Positions 21,936 to 35,420 of a DNA stretch of 64,000 nucleotides are shown piece after piece (position 1 is the first letter of the stretch; every line of letters starts with the position of its first letter). Source of the stretch: Schmidtea polychroa (taxonomy: Eukaryota); the NCBI GenBank assembly GCA_044892525.1, contig CM097885.1, positions 682,001-746,000 on the forward strand, written 5' to 3'. Position numbers and translations under genes: made by a program. Under the pieces are notes generated by a model. It was not told the DNA's origin, did no database searches, and saw only the letters and a program-made list of their open reading frames with translations.

Positions 21936-21996
<61 letters not shown>

Positions 21997-22263
21997 GGTA
22001 AAGAAAAATCTAAAATATGGTTTACACACACAACCCATCAACCATTATTATTATTATTATCAATATTAAAAACATAAAATATTTTTACACACACACATGC
22101 ACAATCCATTAAACATTATTATTATTAACGCAAATATTAGTCAAAAACATAAAATATTTTTACACACACACACAACCCATTAACAATTATTATCAATATT
22201 AGTGAAAACCTAAAATATTTTCTACACACATATACAACCCTTTGAACTTTATTATTATTATTA

Positions 22264-22313
<50 letters not shown>

Positions 22314-22473
22314 ATTAGTCAAAAACTTAAAATAATTTTTACACACTAAGTTATGGGGTAGAGAATTATTATATGTTTGCAGTATTCTGTGTTTGCCTTT
22401 ACAGGAAATTGTCAATAAGGAGTGATAATTTTATACATACATTCTATATACACATACCTTTTTAAAATGGATG

Positions 22474-22564
22474 TATATACTCCTAGTCTATCCGACAAGA
22501 TATTCTGTCCCCTATGGGTATTACCAGCAAGGGTACTGGTCACATTCAACATGTCGCAAGGGTA
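22474..22564 (-). promoter_or_regulatory. Conserved cassette, copy 3
   Basis: TATATACTCCTAGTCTATCCGACAAGATATTCTGTCCCCTATGGGTA..CAAGGGTA on the plus strand. Confidence 0.5.
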
Positions 22565-24421
22565 AATTAATTAAGGTTAGTAAATAAAACTTATCACACA
22601 TACTATTTTTAATAATTATTTAAACTATAAAAATCAAGACAAGAGAGGACAAGGCAAAGTTTATGCATTTAGTATTGCCAGGTCTAATGAGCAGTGACCA
22701 AATATCTGTGCCTGAAAGACACGGTGGATATTTGTTCGCGTCCACAAGGGTCGTCTGTGCATCCCCCAAGTGGGGTCAAAAGAACCTGGGCATTATAGCT
22801 TTCCGTACGGAACATTACGCCTAGCATGGGTAGTCAACTACCAGCACATTCGAAACGTATAAAAATACATTACAAAATGCATGCGTCATTGGCACTATAA
22901 CCAAATTAATTAATGTTTTCACTAACAACAATATATATTTACAGAGGCCTCCCACTAGTTGGATTACAACCGCCTACCACGACGATCAGCTTGTAAATAT
23001 ATATTAATTAAGGGATAAAGAGGACCCACCCAACCCTTTTATATTTAATTTACAAATTTTTCTCGCTCTTCTGCTGGTAATCTATCTCAAAATTATCATC
23101 TCCATCGGGCCATTTGGAATACATCTTGCAAATTGGACGTATTTCTTAGTTTCTGATGCGGCGTCAACTATCATTGCTAAAATTTATATTGATTTAAAAG
23201 CAATTAACTTACATTATCTAACATTTTATCGTCACAGGCTTGATAAATTAGTCAACTGTTATTTGTGGTATACTTTTTCCATGTCATTTCCCACCATAAA
23301 ACACAGATACCTAAATATAATATATATATTTTAAAGAATTAATTCATGTCTTACATTAATAATAATATTCTTCAGGTATGACGAGTACTTTACTTAATTG
23401 CTAAAACATCGATTTTTCCCATTTTTTTTGACATTCGTTGAAAGTTTACATAATTTAAGTCTGATAAGTAAACATTCATGTTGAAGGACACCCACAATCA
23501 GCTAATTCATTTAAGAAATCCGGAACTATAACTCCTTTAGTGTTTCACCATTTTGTCTGGTCATCTTCCCCATAATCCAATAATTCATGTTTTAATAAGA
23601 AATCTCTAAATCCAGAACATAAGTCTTTTAGTGTTTCACTATTTTTTCTGGTTTATCTTCTTCATAATTATATAATTCATTTTCTTCATTACTAAGTAAA
23701 ATAATTAAAATATTGTAGTAAATTCTTTATATACTTACTTTATGGATACTAAAACGAAAGAAATAAAGTTATGTGAAAAGTTTATTTAAATAATTTAAAT
23801 TTAGTTATTTAAAAATATTTAAACAATTTAGTTATTTAAGCATATTTAAACATTAATATTATTATATAGTATAATTTTATATAATATTATAATATTATAA
23901 TTTTATGTATTCTAAATTTATTAATAAATACAGTATAATTTTATATAATATTATAATTTTATGTACACTTATATATCCTTCATTTAATGTTTTAAATTCA
24001 AAAATTTATAATGAAGATTCTTTGAATTAAAAAATATTCTGTTAGTATTTCCAGGCAGAAAACAACGAATTCAATAATTAAATCTTAATTTTCATGTTGT
24101 TAGGGTTGTGGCCAGAAGTTAATCGCCATCTAATCGTTTGTTCTCAATTTCGATCATTTTTGTTCAAAACATTCAGGTGAGTTGTTATCTGGAAAGTTTC
24201 TTTTAGCTCAGTTTTGTTAAAACACTCACGGTATTTTTGAGGGACGTGACACTGGAAATAAATTAACAATGGGTGGTCATCCATACATGTTGTTGGTCTG
24301 AGCTGTCGATTTACTTTAGAAATAGGTATATTAAAAACATTTAAGTTATCATTCAGTAAAATAATATAGTATTTTTTAGTTAATTTATAAATAACAGTAT
24401 TTTGATATATCAATAAAGACC

Positions 24422-24512
24422 ATATACTTCGAGTTCATCCGACAAAATATTCTGTCCCCCTATGGGTATTACCAGCAAGGGTACTGGTCACATTCAACAT
24501 GTCGCAAGGGTA
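24422..24512 (-). promoter_or_regulatory. Conserved cassette, copy 4
   Basis: Same consensus. Confidence 0.5.
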
Positions 24513-26110
24513 TAATAATCATTTAGAAATTCTTAGGTAATTTAGTGAGATGATCAGAAATTCGTGAATATTTTAAATGTAACTTTACACTTATGTCGAG
24601 CGACTAATTTATTGGTTAACCTTTTAGACATTTAAAGCAAAAGGTAATTTATTCATCTAATGTTCGTTACAATAGTTATTAATATGAGAAAAACATGGTC
24701 ATTATTCATTGATAATTTTAAATTCTTTATCATTTGGAGTAAATTTGTTCGAGGCAAAAATATTTAAAGGAGTCATAATAGAAATATGGTTATCATTTAT
24801 CCAATTAAGGTGCTTATTAGTTAAAAATACATGTTCATATAGGGTTATATTTCTTTTCTAATTTAATTAGATGATCATTAGACGTAATATATCTTTGCGA
24901 GAAATTTCAGATGTTTGAGTAACCAAAACATGGATATTTTGTGGGAAAAATTTATGAATATTGGTTAATTTTGTTATTTTTAGTCATTTAAAATAATATT
25001 TAGCAAAGGTAATTTAGCAAAATATCATTTATCCATCCGATAACAATATTCCTTCAATAGATTAACTGATATTTAACCGATTTAATTTCTAGAAATCTAA
25101 TTAAAATCATAAATTTCCTTCATTGATATCCTCACAATGAATAAAATAACTTCTTAAATAAACTAATTTAAAGAAATAACCTTTGATATCATTTATCTCT
25201 AAAGATTTCAAATATTTCATTGTCAAAACCAAGTAAATAGATTATTAACCCTAAACGACTTAATAAAACAGTGGATAATTAATAAAAACTTGTTCTAAAA
25301 CATAAATCTAAATTACTGTGCAATAACATTCATCACGACCTAATAAACCTCTAAAACGATATAAGTTCACTGGAATTATTATTAATTCATAGCTAAATAC
25401 TGACTATTTCCTTTGAAAATTTGATATTTTACCAATAAGAACATTGTCGATTTAAATAGAGATTTAATTGTTAAAAACATTCTTCCATTGAAATAATTTC
25501 GTATCTAAGAGCCCACTAAAAGATCAAAATTCATTAAAATAAATATTTAATCACATGCATCATCAAATACCTAACTAGAGATGATAATATTTCATTGATT
25601 GATCATAATTCTTCATCAATTCAACTAATTATAACCATTATAACATGAGATATCTTTCAAACTAAATTTCGGTATATTTTACAATAATTTTCAAGTAAAT
25701 TTCAAATATATCATCATCGTGAAAACATTATCTGGTTTCAACTTTAGATTTTCAATATTTAAAAATTCATCAATATTCTTAGAAAAATATATGAAAAAAT
25801 TATATAGTCAAATTCAATATCATTACAAAGTCATCATCATCAAATTTATCCTATCACTTGATTATTAACATTAAAAATTAATTTTTATTTAAAATTTAAA
25901 AACAAGTCAATAAAATATAGCAAATTATCAAGAAATTAATTAAATTTATCTTAGAATTAACACTAAACCTTAAATTTTTAAATATTCTTTCAATTAACAT
26001 GAAATTCACAAAAAATGTTAGTAAAATCCCGCTAACTCTAAAAAATTACCAATGAATTTAATGCCAAATAATAACCAAAAATTTGCCTAAATAAAATCAT
26101 TAAAACACAA

Positions 26111-26208
26111 CAGTACCTTTACGACCAGTACCCTTACGACCAATACCCTTACAAGCAGTACCCATAGAGGGAGAAAATATGTTGTCGGATAAACTCAGAG
26201 TATATATA
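26111..26208 (+). promoter_or_regulatory. Conserved cassette, copy 5
   Basis: 15-bp CAGTACCCTTACGAC repeats, core, TATATA; TGAATCAGTCAAATTATCA downstream. Confidence 0.5.
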
Positions 26209-27360
26209 ATAAAACGAATTAACAATAACTCTATCAAATTGAATCAGTCAAATTATCACAAATTTTAATAAAAAATCTTATTCTAAAATGGTTTTGAAAT
26301 CTCTATTTAAATCGACAATGTTCTTATTGGTAAAATATCAAATTTTCAAAGGAAATAGTCAGTATTTAGCTATGAATTAATAATAATTCCAGTGAACTTA
26401 TATCGTTTTAGAGGTTTATTAGGTCGTGATGAATGTTATTGCACAGTAATTTAGATTTATGTTTTAGAACAAGTTTTTATTAATTATCCACTGTTTTATT
26501 AAGTCGTTTAGGGTTAATAATCTATTTACTTGGTTTTGACAATGAAATATTTGAAATCTTTAGAGATAAATGATATCAAAGGTTATTTCTTTAAATTAGT
26601 TTATTTAAGAAGTTATTTTATTCATTGTGAGGATATCAGTGAAGGAAATTTATGATTTTAATTAGATTTCTAGAAATTAAATCGGTTAAATATCAGTTAA
26701 TCTATTGAAGGAATATTGTTATCGGATGGATAAATGATATTTTGCTAAATTACCTTTGCTAAATATTATTTTAAATGACTAAAAATAACAAAATTAACCA
26801 ATATTCATAAATTTTTCCCACAAAATATCCATGTTTTGGTTACTCAAACATCTGAAATTTCTCGCAAAGATATATTACGTCTAATGATCATCTAATTAAA
26901 TTAGAAAAGAAATATAACCCTATATGAACATGTATTTTTAACTAATAAGCACCTTAATTGGTAAATTGATAACAAATGATCATGTTTCTATTATGACTCC
27001 TTTTGCCTCAAACAAAGATAGAAATTTATTCCAAATGATAAAGATTTTCTACCAAAATTATCAATGAATATATTAATAACCATGCATTTCTCACAAAGTT
27101 ATATTAACTATTGTAATGAACATTAGATGAATAAATTACCTATGAAATACTAAATATTCATATCTTACCTTTTGCTAAATATTATTTTAAATGACTAAAC
27201 ATGACAACGTTAACCAATAAATTAGACGCTCGAAATGAGAATTCGGTAAGTTACATTCAAAATATTCAAATTATTCACGAATTTCTGATATCTATGATCA
27301 TCCATTTCTCACTAAATTACCTAAGAATTTTTAACTAATATACAGGTGCTTTAATTAATA

Positions 27361-27456
27361 TACCCTTGCGACATGTTGAATGTAAGCAGTACCCTTACGA
27401 CAAATACACATAGGGGGACAAAATATATTGTCGGATAAATTCAGACTTTATATAAA
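27361..27456 (+). promoter_or_regulatory. Conserved cassette, copy 6
   Basis: Same consensus; mirror of copy 4. Confidence 0.5.
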
Positions 27457-28511
27457 AACTTACAGTATGCTATGGTTTTATTGAGTAATTTGTTGTATAT
27501 TGCATTGATACATCAAAATGTCAGATAATATTTATAAATTAACTAAAAAATACTATATTAACTAAGAATTCAGTTATGTTTCTAGTTAAATAATTGATAT
27601 TACTATCAACTATATAAAAGAAATGTTATGAATCCAAGAATATTTTAATTAAATGGTACAGCCAAAAACCATGGATTTCTAACTAAATTTTTAAATTTAT
27701 CTGGAAATATTTTACTTAAGAAATTGCTATATATTTAAAATAACCATGTATTATTTATCAAATTGCCTAAAAATTTGCTATATGGTATTGTTAAACAAAA
27801 TAATAAAATTAAAAATAATAATATTATGTCAGGGCATGAAAAAATAATATAATTGTATGACTAATAAATTTGCAATACAAATGCATAATTAACAAAGACT
27901 TTGCAATAAATGGGCATGATTAACAAAGACACTAGAAATATTATCTTTACATTTTGTCAAGATGATTATGGCAGTAATATCAGAGGAAAATCAATGGACA
28001 GAAGAAAAGCATCATTTAGTCATTATGATTTATAATAATTGTAAATATAATTGTATATATAATTGTAAATTTCCATATATATAATAACCACTATATAAAA
28101 AAATTAATACAAATATTAAAACAAAATGAATATATTTTAATCAAAAAGTATTACAATAAAACAATAAATTTATAAAAACAAATTAAAACATTTATTTCCG
28201 AAAAAATAATAACCAATACATCCAGCATCTTCATGGTTCTTGCGAAGATCTTTTTCCATTTTGATGAACTCATGGTTATATTTCATTTTGAATAATCTTA
28301 AAATAATATTATAAATACCATTCCCTTCATCATATCATCAACATTTGGTAGTTGCGCCTAATATAATTAATTACCAAGCTGATTTCATATTATTCAATGT
28401 TTGAAAATTTCCTACATTATAGTACCGTCATTATGTCTGTTAATAATTCATTTGACTTTGATATTGTATTTATTTGTATTGAGAACTTACATGTATATAG
28501 TATGATATTCA

Positions 28512-29124
28512 TTAATCAGTTAAACAATTGCGAACATTCTTCTCGTGACACTTAGAACAAACAATTAAGTGACCACACGGTAAATACAAAACCGAAACTT
28601 GATTTTCTTTACAAATTGAACAAGTTAAATACCTTTTCTTAACATCGTTTAGTTTTTCCGTTAGCTTATTTTCAATCAAATCGGCTTTTGCTATCCATTC
28701 ATAAATCAATCTACTATATCCCTGTTTCAACATTAAATACATACAACTCCAAAAGTATTCATTCAGTGAATCGTTGTTTACCACTATTTTTTTTCTAAAT
28801 ACATTAAATAACTAGATAACTTCAAAACGCATTTATCATAATTAAATAAATAAAATCAAATATTCAATAGAGGAATGTTTGAAAATCTTTAAAATATTTA
28901 TGATTTGCTTATCACTGTAAGTATCATGATTATTTATAAAATCTTCAACTGTGTTGTTAAAAATTTTCAATGAAATTTCGGAATAGGTTGGACCTAATTT
29001 TTCCTTATTTCTAGTAGGACTTCCTTGCTATAAATGACATATATAAAAAATATTGACAAAATAATAAAGTTACCAAATGTGTTTTGTGATTTACATATTC
29101 AACAGTTTTATTTGTAGAAATCAT
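28512..29124 (-). pseudogene. Spliced gene remnant with IAP-type C3HC4 RING finger
   Basis: CSICKENQVSVLYLPCGHLIVCSKC RING pattern; ATG 29124, phase-0 46-nt GT-AG intron 29073-29028 joins open frames; a stop/frameshift near 28800-28850 and a missing last RING cysteine indicate decay. Confidence 0.7.
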
Positions 29125-29289
29125 CAGTAATAAATTTCTTAATAACTAAATTACTTTTGTTTTTACATTTATAAAAATTGAGATAGCCAATCAAATTAGA
29201 GTTTTCAAAATGTAGAAATTGTAACCATGGTTGAACCTTCAAATGTCTAAATAACATCATATTGTATAACAATAATAATAAGCATGACT

Positions 29290-29370
29290 AGTACCCTTGC
29301 AACCTGTTGAGTGTGAGCAGTACCCATAGGGGGACAAAATATTTTGTCGGATAGACTAGGAGTATATATA
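29290..29370 (+). promoter_or_regulatory. Conserved cassette, copy 7
   Basis: Same consensus with the perfect GACAAAATATTTTGTC palindrome; back-to-back with the RING gene promoter. Confidence 0.5.
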
Positions 29371-30208
29371 ATAATAATAATAAAAAAAATAATATACTTT
29401 GAAATAAATAATAAGAAAATAATTTTGAAAATGATAATAATAATATTTTATAAATAAACTAAGAATTTTGAAGAAAATAATGATGAAAATATTGAAAATC
29501 GTGAAAATTATGAAAATGTTGAAAATTATTAAAATATTCAAGGAAATGATGAAAATGTTGAAAATCATGAAAACGTTGAAAATTATGAAAATGTTCCTGA
29601 AAATATTAAAAATGTTGAAAATGATGAAAATATTGAAAAGGATGAAAACGTTAAACATTATGAAAATGTTCCCTAAAATAATCATCAAATATTGAAAATC
29701 GTAAATTGATGCAGAAAATAAGTTTTATGAATATTTAAGTAAATAATAATAAAACATCGAAAATAAAATAATAAGAACTTTGCAAATAATAATAATAATA
29801 ATAATAATATTGATAAAAACTTTGAAAATAATTTGTTCGATAGAATATTCGATGAATAGTTCCTGAAATAATCATGAAAATGTTGAAAATCGTGAAAATA
29901 TTGAAAATGTAGAAAATTGTTAAAATTCATGCAAATGATGAAAATGTTGAAAATCATGTAATTGACGTAGAAATTAAGTTTTATGAATATTTAAGTAAAT
30001 AATAATAATGAAACTTCTAAATTAATATAATAATTAGAACTTTGCAAATAATAATAAAAATAATAATAATAATAAAAAATAATAATAATAATTCTTTGAA
30101 AATAATAATGAAAAAATAATAATCATAAAAATGTTGAAAATCGTGAAAATTATGAAATTGACGTAGAAATTAAGTTTCATGAATATTTGCAATAATAATC
30201 ATAATAAC

Positions 30209-30270
<62 letters not shown>

Positions 30271-30271
30271 T

Positions 30272-30360
<89 letters not shown>

Positions 30361-30578
30361 GAACTTTGAAAAACTGAACGGAAATATTACTTTGAAAAAT
30401 ATTTGATGAAAATGTTCATGTAACTAATTAAAATGTTCCTGAAATAATAATGAAAATACTGAAAATGGAAAAAATTATGAAAATATTAAAAATTATTAAA
30501 ATATGCAAATGATGAAAATGTTGAAAATCATGAAATTGACGTAGAAATTAAGTTTTATGAAGATTTGCAATAATAATC

Positions 30579-30748
<170 letters not shown>

Positions 30749-31455
30749 TGTAATCTTCCGCGCGGGCGTTCTTTCCCAATAATAATGATAAATTAAATTA
30801 TTACGTAATCGATAATTAAACCAAAAAAAAAATAATATAATCAACGATTTAAATAAAATTAAATTATTACATAATTGATAATTTAAACAAAAATTATTAT
30901 TGCATAATCAACGATTTAAACAAAATTAAGGTATTAAGTAATCGATAATTAAAACAAAAATAAAAATATTATCATACAATCAACGATTTAAACAAAATTA
31001 AATTATTACATAATTGATAATTAAAACAAAAAAAATATTATTATATAATTAACGATTTAAACAATATTAAATTATTAAGTAATCGATAATTAAAAAAAAA
31101 TAAAAAATTATTAAGTAATCGATAATTAAAACCAAAATAAAAATATTATCATATCAACGATTTAAACAAAACTAAAATAAAATAATAATATGACCTTGAA
31201 ATAATAATATTTTGAAAAATAATAATATGACCTTGAAAAATATAATAATATTTTGAAAAATAATAATATGACCTTGAAAAATATAATAATATTTTGAAAA
31301 ATAATAATATGACCTTGAAAATAATAATATTTTGAAAAATAATAATATGACCTTGAAAATAATAATATTTTGAAAAATAATATTTTGAAAAATAATAATA
31401 TGACCTTGAAAATAATGAAGTTTTATTAATGTTATAATAATAATAATAATATTAA

Positions 31456-31547
31456 TACCCTTGCGACATGTTGAATGTGACCAGTACCCTTTCTACAAAT
31501 ACACATAGGGGGACACAATATTTTGTCTGATAAACTCGGACTATATA
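31456..31547 (+). promoter_or_regulatory. Conserved cassette, copy 8 (TIR mirror of copy 2)
   Basis: Reverse complement of 5509-5600. Confidence 0.5.
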
Positions 31548-31569
31548 GATTAATACTAATAATAATAAT

Positions 31570-31630
<61 letters not shown>

Positions 31631-32407
31631 TTGATTAAAACTTCGAAAATAATAATTTTGAAAATAACATTTTCCGCGCGAGCGGTAATATCTTTCTCAA
31701 TAATAATGATAAATTAAATTATTACGTAATCGACAATTAAATCCAAAAATATTTCATAATTAACGATTTAAACAAAATTAAATTATTGAGTAATCGATAA
31801 TTAAAACAAAACATGTTATTATTACATAATCAACGATTTAAACAAAATTAAATTATTACGTATTCGATAATTAAAACAAAAAATAAAAATATTATTATTA
31901 ACAATTTAAACAAAATTAAATTATTACGTATTCGATAATTAAAACAAAAATAAACCGCTGGAACAAAAATAGATGTCTTTGTTACTAAAAATAGAATGAC
32001 CTTGGCGAGTCATCGGATCAAAAATGTTACTAAAAATATATTCAAAATGTTACTAAAAATAGATGTCTTTGTTACTAAAAATAGAACGACCTTGATGATT
32101 GAGCGACTGAGTCATGGTCTTTGTTTAAATTATCTTGGTAATTAAAACTTGATGAAAATAATAATAATAATAATATTAATAATAATAATATTAATACTAT
32201 TGATAGTAATAAATAATATATCCCATGGGTGCGTCATTGTCTTTCTTCAAAAAATAAATGAGTCATCGATGAGTACTTTTGTATTGCCGTTTGTTTTCAA
32301 ACAATATTGCTGCGAATAGTAGTACATCAATATTTAGTTTACCTTTGTTAATTTTACATTATTTTATTGTTTAAATAAATGTATGTTTTGTTGATTTGCT
32401 GATTTAT

Positions 32408-32498
32408 TGAGCGTGACCAATACCCTTGTGAGCATTACCCATAGGGGGACAAAATATTTTGTCGGAAAGACTCGGAGTATATAGACTCGGTGTATATA
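32408..32498 (+). promoter_or_regulatory. Conserved cassette, copy 9 (TIR mirror of copy 1)
   Basis: Reverse complement of 4472-4566. Confidence 0.5.
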
Positions 32499-32499
32499 G

Positions 32500-32681
<182 letters not shown>

Positions 32682-32703
32682 TAGTAATAAAAATAATAAT
32701 AAT

Positions 32704-32740
<37 letters not shown>

Positions 32741-32917
32741 TCTTTAGAAATAATAATCTGAATAACAAGATATATGGCTCATTCGAAAGGCTTGGATTGA
32801 GCTTTAAAATGAGATATCGATTATTAATTTTCGTTGACGGGAACTTTGAAAAAATTAAAAATAATAATATTTTTTAAAAATAATAATAAAAATAATAATA
32901 TTTTTAAAAATAATAAT

Positions 32918-33705
32918 ATGACCTTGATGACTCATCGCGATGACTTATGTGACCTTGAGAATGACCTTGGATGAGTCATGCGACCTTGAAAATGACCTTG
33001 ATGAGTCATAGGATGACTCAGATGGCCTTGAAAAATTTTGATGAGTCACAGTATGAGCCATACGACCTGGAAAATTTTTTGATGAGTCATAGTATGAGGC
33101 ATATGACCTTGAGAATGACCTTGAATGAGTCATATGACCTTGAGAATGTCCTTGAATGAGTCATATGACCTTGAGAATGACCTTGAATGAGTCATATGAC
33201 CTTGAAAATGACCTTGAATGAGTCATATGACCTTGAAAATGACCTTGAATGAGTCATTGTCTTTGTTTAAATGACCTTGAAAATTTTTATGACTCATCGG
33301 ATGAGTCATATGACCTTGAAAATGACCTTGATGTGTCATAGTATGAGTCATCCAATCTTGAGAATGACCTTGATGAGTTATATTATGAGTCATACGACCT
33401 TGAGAATGTCCCTGATTAGTCATATTATAGTCATGGTCTTTGTTTCAATGACCTTGATGAGTCATATGACCTTGAAAACAACCTTGATGAGTCATGGTCT
33501 TTGTTAAATGACCTTGAGAAAATTTTTTGACCTTGATGAGTCATAGTATGTGTCATATGACCTTGAAACTGACCTTGATGAGTCATAGGATGAGTCATGG
33601 TCTTTGTTTAAATGACCTTGAAAATTTGATGAGTCATGCTATGAGTCATGGTCTTTGTTTCAATGACCTTGATGAGTCATATGTCTTTGTTTAAATTTGA
33701 CCTTG
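32918..33705. repeat. TGACCTTGA / TGAGTCA array in the right TIR of element 1
   Basis: Shorter reverse-complement counterpart of 2790-4180. Confidence 0.95.
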
Positions 33706-34384
33706 AAAAAAAATGTACTTTTAGACTTAGAATATTTTTGAAAATCTTTTCGACGGGGAAAGGGGGAGGGGGGGGGTACTGTGCTAGCGGTGCCCTGTGC
33801 CAGCGGTGCCCTGTGCCAGCGGTGCCCAATCCATCTACTCTTGTTTACCGAATATAGAAGTTTAAAATATAGAGCATTGATTACTTTAATTTAAAAATGT
33901 ATCCCTTAATTTACATAATTTCCATCTAAAATTATTTCAAAAAAATTTTTTTTCTAAAATTGTCATTGAAAAAAATTTCATAAAAGTTTTCATTTAAAAT
34001 TTTCATTGAAAAATATTTCATAAAAATTTTTTTTAAAAATTATCTTAAAAATTATTCCATAAAAATTTCCATCTAAAATTACTTAAAAAATTATTTCATA
34101 AAAATTTTCATTAAAAAATTTCAATTCTCAAACACCTTCTATTATTTTGTTAATAAATTTAAAATCTTACTTTAATTTGCTTATTACATTACTTATTTAA
34201 AAATTATTACTTTAATTTACTTATTTAAAATATTTGACCATTGATTACTTAATTTAAAAATTTGGACCTTAATTAACTTTAATTTAATTTTTTAGAACCT
34301 TAATTTACTTTAATTGAAAATTTTAGACCTTAATTTTCATGTAAAATTGTCATTGAAAAAATTTTCATTTCTCAGGCGCCGTTT

Positions 34385-35420
34385 AGTAGGTGGTTAGGAG
34401 CCCGCTTCAAATGCAAGCCTTTTTTTTGCTGCAACATTTGATTGCGCAATTGTTGCAACTTGTTTTTTTTTCTATTGAAAATTCTAGAAAAAAAAATAAT
34501 CGTAGCTTATTGTACAACAAAAAAAATGAGTTGCAACAATTGCGTAATCAAAATTTGCAGCAAAAAAAAAGTTGCCGCAGACCCCCTCCCCCCCCTAAAA
34601 TTTTCAATTAAGGTCTAAAATTTTCAATTAAGGTCCAAAATTTTCAATTAAGTAATTAAGGTCCAAATTTTTCAATTACAGTAAATTATGGTTCTAAAAA
34701 ATTAAATTACAGTAAATTATGGTACATATTTTTAAACTTAAGTAAATTAAGGTCTAAAATTTAAAAGTAAAGTAAATTATGGTATATATTTTTAAACTTA
34801 AGTAAATTAAAGTCTAAAATTTCAATTAAGTAAAGTAAGGTCTAAAATTTTCAATTAAGGTCTAAAATTTTCAATTAAAGTTAATTAGGGTCCAAATTTT
34901 GAATTAAAGTTAATTAAGGGTCAAAATTTAAAATTAAAGTAAATTAAGGTTCTAAAAAATTAAATTAAAGTTAATTAAGGTCCAAATTTTTAAATTAAGT
35001 AATCAATGGTCAAATATTTTAAATAAGTAAATTAAAGTAATAATTTTTAAATAAGTAATGTAATAAGCAAATTAAAGTAAGATTTTAAATTTATTAACAA
35101 AATAATAGAAGGTGTTTAAGAATTGAAATTTTTTAATGAAATTTTTTATGAAATAATTTTTTAAGTAATTTTAGATGGAAATTTTTATGGAATAATTTTT
35201 AAGATAATATTTATGAAAATTTTTATGAAATATTTTTCAATGACAATTTTAGAAAAAAAATTTTTTTGAAATAATTTTAGATGGAAATTATTTAAATTAA
35301 GGGATACATTTTTAAATTAAAGTAATCAATGATCTATATTTTAAACTTCTATATTCGGTAAACAAAGACTAAATTAAGTAAATAAAGGGTTAAATTAAAG
35401 AAAATTATGATTATAATTAT
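34385..35420 (+). mobile_element. Probable left terminus/TIR of a pPolB-bearing Maverick-like element (element 3)
   Basis: AGTAGGTGGTTAGGAGCCC resembles the element 2 end AGTAGGTAGATAGTAGCCC; shared GCTGCAAC..TTGATT.CGCAATT motif and TTAAGGTCTAAAATTTTCAA repeats; inverted partial matches at 33840-34375 and 56183-56548; partner end not found. Confidence 0.55.

Larger units (their letters stand above)
24365..27560. repeat. Central inverted repeat of element 1 (arms ~24365-25465 and ~26298-27560)
   Basis: Inner ~650 bp near-identical (e.g. 25441 ACATTGTCGATTTAAATAGAGATTT vs 26298 AAATCTCTATTTAAATCGACAATGT); outer part diverged. Confidence 0.9.
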
